A stretch of DNA of 31,406 bases, filler included, from Candidatus Woesearchaeota archaeon (GTDB lineage: Archaea; Nanobdellota; Nanobdellia; Woesearchaeales; WJIZ01), in NCBI GenBank assembly GCA_018221205.1. It is 2 parts of 2 records of this genome, joined end to end, with 100 filler letters (N's around TTAATTAATTAA, not from the genome) between each part and the next. Parts side by side here need not be neighbours in the genome. Positions count along the whole stretch, not along the records: positions 17,109 to 31,406 come from JAAOYF010000026.1; 1 more part is not named here. The stretch is one strand, 5' to 3'. Positions 29,231 to 31,406 of this stretch are shown here, piece after piece. The notes beneath the pieces were generated by a model. That model was given only the letters and a program-made list of their open reading frames with translations. It had not been told where the DNA came from and made no database searches. The position numbers were made by a program, and so were the translations under genes. Positions within the stretch are counted from its first letter, which is position 1, and every line of letters begins with the position of its first letter.

Positions 29231-29248
29231 TACCGGATATATCTGGTA
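29231..29248. promoter_or_regulatory. palindromic operator-like site between the HTH regulator and the methyltransferase
   Basis: TACCGGATATATCTGGTA, with 16 of 18 positions dyad-symmetric. Confidence 0.5.
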
Positions 29249-29884
29249 TTAGATCTTTCTTGCTATAGAATTGATAAGCTTGTTTTCAGCCTTAAGTAAA
29301 TGTTCTCCCGCAGTAGCAGGGCTTAATTTCATTGCTTTGGCAATTCTTAATATGGTAACCTTCCTTGGTTGAGAATAATAACCCTTATCATAGGCATACT
29401 TGAAAATCTTCTTTTGCTGTTGAGATAGCAATGAGTGCTCGAATCCAACTTCACCTATGTACAATACTTTCAGCAAACCCATCTTCTTAGCTTCAACGAT
29501 TATTTTATCGATTGATTGCCTATCTACCACCCCGATATGCCAATATTCATAGCCATGAGATACTGTATGCAAGTCAATAAAGAAACCATGGTATTTCTGG
29601 ATTACATTCTGGATGTAGCCTTTCTGGGAAATGACGACTAAGAGAAGCAGGGTTTCAGTGCTCCTCTCAATTTCCTCTACTAGCTTAAATCCTTTGGCTT
29701 TATGTAGATAGGAGACTACCTCATCAAATTTTCGTGGATTCCCGGTAATGTAATAGAAATACTGCTTTTCTTTTGGGTGGGTTGATTGAATATCAACAAC
29801 TGTTATATGGTGCTTTGGGAATTTTATGCTTAAACCAGTCTCAGCACAATTTCTATGCCGGACTTTAAAGCTAAGTTTATACAT
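29249..29884 (-). CDS. Bat-like (HTH_10) archaeal transcriptional regulator
   Basis: C-terminal LSQQQKKIFKYAYDKGYYSQPRKVTILRIAKAMKLSPATAGEHLLKAENKL, typical of bacterio-opsin activator-type HTH domains. Confidence 0.88.
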   Translation of the reverse strand: MYKLSFKVRHRNCAETGLSIKFPKHHITVVDIQSTHPKEKQYFYYITGNPRKFDEVVSYLHKAKGFKLVEEIERSTETLLLLVVISQKGYIQNVIQKYHGFFIDLHTVSHGYEYWHIGVVDRQSIDKIIVEAKKMGLLKVLYIGEVGFEHSLLSQQQKKIFKYAYDKGYYSQPRKVTILRIAKAMKLSPATAGEHLLKAENKLINSIARKI

Positions 29885-29932
29885 AAGACAGCAAAACAGA
29901 GCAGGATATAAAAAGGTTAAGAAAAAAAAGAA

Positions 29933-29949
29933 TGGGCCCGCGGAGATTT
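29933..29949 (-). repeat. displaced variant copy of the tRNA-Ile 3' end (T-loop end, T-stem, acceptor strand, discriminator)
   Basis: TGGGCCCGCGGAGATTT versus TGGGCCCGGTGAGATTT at 30815-30831 (15/17 identical), followed on the minus strand by TTCTTTTTTTT. Confidence 0.8.
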
Positions 29950-30119
29950 TCCGGCAAAAGCATAATCTGACTTAAGAACACTAGACATTTTCTCTGTGCG
30001 TAGGGTATATAAATCAAAAAAAGCCATTTCAATCACATAGGAGATATTCAACTCTCAAATCATGATTTCAGAAAAATCATTTACAGAGTTTCATTGTATT
30101 TAGCAAATGGTGATTAAAA

Positions 30120-30833
30120 ATGATATTTGATTTAACGTCAATTAATTTCAGTAGTTCAGACAGAAAGAAGGGGCTGGCTTTGCCGAGAAAAATGAGCATA
30201 GATTTAGCTGAAGAAATTGGGATTCATATCGGCGATGGAAGTATGAACATCTATTCCAAAAAAGGATTCTATCAGCTTCGTGGCCATATCCATGATGACA
30301 AACCTCATTACTTGAGAAGAATTTCAGAATTATACAAAAAACTGTATAATATCGATGTAAACATTCGAAATATGCCTTCAACAGGAGTAATTGGATTTCA
30401 AGTATGGAGTGATGCGCTCGTTGAATTCAAAAGCAGTATCCTAAAGCTTCCACTAGGCAAAAAAACGGACATCAGAATTCCTAAAGTGATTGATAGCAAA
30501 AAGTTATTTTTTGCATTTATGCGTGGATTATTCGATACAGATGGATGTTTATATCTAGAGAAAAGGAACTATGTATATTATCCACGAGTAGAGATCAGAA
30601 TGGCTTCTGAATCATTACGGAACCATATCATTACCCTATCACAGAAATATGGGTTGCCTATAAAGCATTTTAGATTCAAAAGAAAAGAAAAAAACTGGGA
30701 GGACATATGTACCTTACGATTAAATGGTTTACCAAGTCTCAAGATATGGAATAATCTTATCGGAACAAATAACCCAAAACACCAAAGAAAAATGCGTTTA
30801 TTGAGTAAAAAAGGTGGGCCCGGTGAGATTTGA
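30120..30833 (+). CDS. free-standing two-motif LAGLIDADG (DOD-type) homing endonuclease
   Basis: LAEEIGIHIGDG and FMRGLFDTDG motifs with its own GGTGAT RBS and no intein splicing motifs. The 3' end overlaps tRNA-Ile in antisense. Confidence 0.9.
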   Translation: MIFDLTSINFSSSDRKKGLALPRKMSIDLAEEIGIHIGDGSMNIYSKKGFYQLRGHIHDDKPHYLRRISELYKKLYNIDVNIRNMPSTGVIGFQVWSDALVEFKSSILKLPLGKKTDIRIPKVIDSKKLFFAFMRGLFDTDGCLYLEKRNYVYYPRVEIRMASESLRNHIITLSQKYGLPIKHFRFKRKEKNWEDICTLRLNGLPSLKIWNNLIGTNNPKHQRKMRLLSKKGGPGEI

Positions 30834-30907
30834 ACTCACGACCTCACGATATCAGCGCAACTCTGGCATATCAGTCGTGCGCAATAGCCAGGCTATGCTA
30901 CGGGCCC
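30815..30907 (-). tRNA. tRNA-Ile(GAU) with an 18-nt intron at 37/38 (intron 30851-30868)
   Basis: Acceptor GGGCCCG/CGGGCCC+A, anticodon stem CACGA/TCGTG, loop CT-GAT-A^A and T-arm GTGAG-TTCAAAT-CTCAC. Confidence 0.92.
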
Positions 30908-30988
30908 ATGATAAAAAGGGGGACTGAGGAGCTTTGCTCCGAACGTCGCCCGCTTTTTACGAGATTTTTTGCAAAAATCTCCCATCGA

Positions 30989-31092
30989 CGCCCCCTCCCA
31001 GATTTGAACTGGGGACCTTGTGATGACTGTAGCGGATATAACAGTTTCGTAGGTTTAAACCACACACGCTCTAACCGCTAAGCTAAGGGGGC
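30989..31092 (-). tRNA. tRNA-Asn(GUU) with two introns: 17 nt at 30/31 (31046-31062) and 14 nt at 37/38 (31025-31038)
   Basis: Acceptor GCCCCCT/AGGGGGC+G, spliced anticodon arm TGTGA-CTGTTAA-TCACA and T-arm CCCAG-TTCAAAT-CTGGG. Both introns form BHB motifs, giving a 73-nt mature body. Confidence 0.9.
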
Positions 31093-31119
31093 ACAAGAAT
31101 TTTAGGTTCTAAATTTGAT

Positions 31120-31404
31120 TTATAAACGTTTCGAATAAATATTCTGAACCTTTACCAAATGTTTCGGATTATTCATTCCAATGAGTTTCATCCATAAATC
31201 AAGATTTGTAAATCCGGGAATTTCTAGCCTAAAATGTATTGCTTTTCGAGAAACGGAACCGTAGAAGCCCAAACCTCTTAGCCTTTGTATGATTCCAACT
31301 AGGAAAGTCCGCGATTTGCTAGCTATCTCTAATCTTGGATAGTAAGGATTCTCTCTATGTTGCCTACTTAGTACGACACAACCATCAGTATCAAATAACC
31401 CCCT
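31120..31404 (-). CDS. second LAGLIDADG homing endonuclease, C-terminal part (5' end outside the window)
   Basis: Hand-translated as RGLFDTDGCVVLSRQHRENPYYPRLEI...LWMKLIGMNNPKHLVKVQNIYSKRL*. It shares RGLFDTDGC, YYPR.EI and W..LIG.NNPKH with 30120-30833. Confidence 0.88.
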   Translation of the reverse strand, partial: RGLFDTDGCVVLSRQHRENPYYPRLEIASKSRTFLVGIIQRLRGLGFYGSVSRKAIHFRLEIPGFTNLDLWMKLIGMNNPKHLVKVQNIYSKRL

Positions 31405-31406
31405 CA

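Noticed and set aside
29933..30831. Integrase-type attL/attR of a provirus or genomic island
   Set aside because: No recombinase lies between the repeats, the interval holds only the nuclease gene, and the repeats differ within the T-stem. Action of an integrase in trans cannot be fully excluded.
30120..30833. LAGLIDADG ORF as part of an intein or a tRNA intron
   Set aside because: It has its own RBS, start and stop, lacks an N-terminal Cys/Ser and C-terminal His-Asn, and is antisense to and outside the tRNA intron.
31019..31066. Reading the second tRNA as a single-intron tRNA or as a pseudogene
   Set aside because: Only removal of two BHB-bounded introns gives a perfect TGTGA/TCACA stem with a 7-nt CTGTTAA loop. 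The G discriminator also fits Asn.
30830..31081. 83-aa plus-strand ORF
   Set aside because: It is antisense to the two tRNA genes and not a credible protein.
1..31406. CRISPR array, cas genes, rRNA or transposase genes
   Set aside because: I saw no regularly spaced repeats and no recognisable sequences of these types.

Overview
This is archaeal DNA, most likely a DPANN (Woesearchaeota-like) MAG. That assignment is inferred from the class I LysRS, archaeal-type ThrRS and Asd, TATA-box promoters, GGTGA-type ribosome-binding sites, bulge-helix-bulge (BHB) tRNA introns and an S-layer N-terminus. An artificial N/TTAATTAATTAA spacer at 17009-17108 joins two contigs. The left contig carries Lhr helicase, lysS, a three-gene NAD(P) transhydrogenase, lysC-asd, a MATE transporter, purD, a Na/Pi cotransporter with a PhoU gene, 5-formyl-THF cyclo-ligase and glyA. 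The right contig carries the 5' end of an S-layer gene, an AbrB-led vWA/MoxR/DUF58 operon, a small PD-(D/E)XK protein, thrS, an HTH regulator with a methyltransferase, two free-standing LAGLIDADG endonucleases, tRNA-Ile(GAU) with one intron and tRNA-Asn(GUU) with two introns. The most striking signal is insertions at the ends of essential genes that leave a duplicated but re-coded terminus. The first 13 codons of thrS occur twice (identical peptide, 10 synonymous changes) around a 98-bp palindrome-rich insert whose reading frame ends in an ATGA overlap with the real start. A LAGLIDADG gene lies between the functional 3' end of tRNA-Ile and a displaced variant copy of that 3' end. Together these suggest an intron-less, intein-less 'terminus-replacing' homing system, possibly with non-coding palindromic derivatives (inference).
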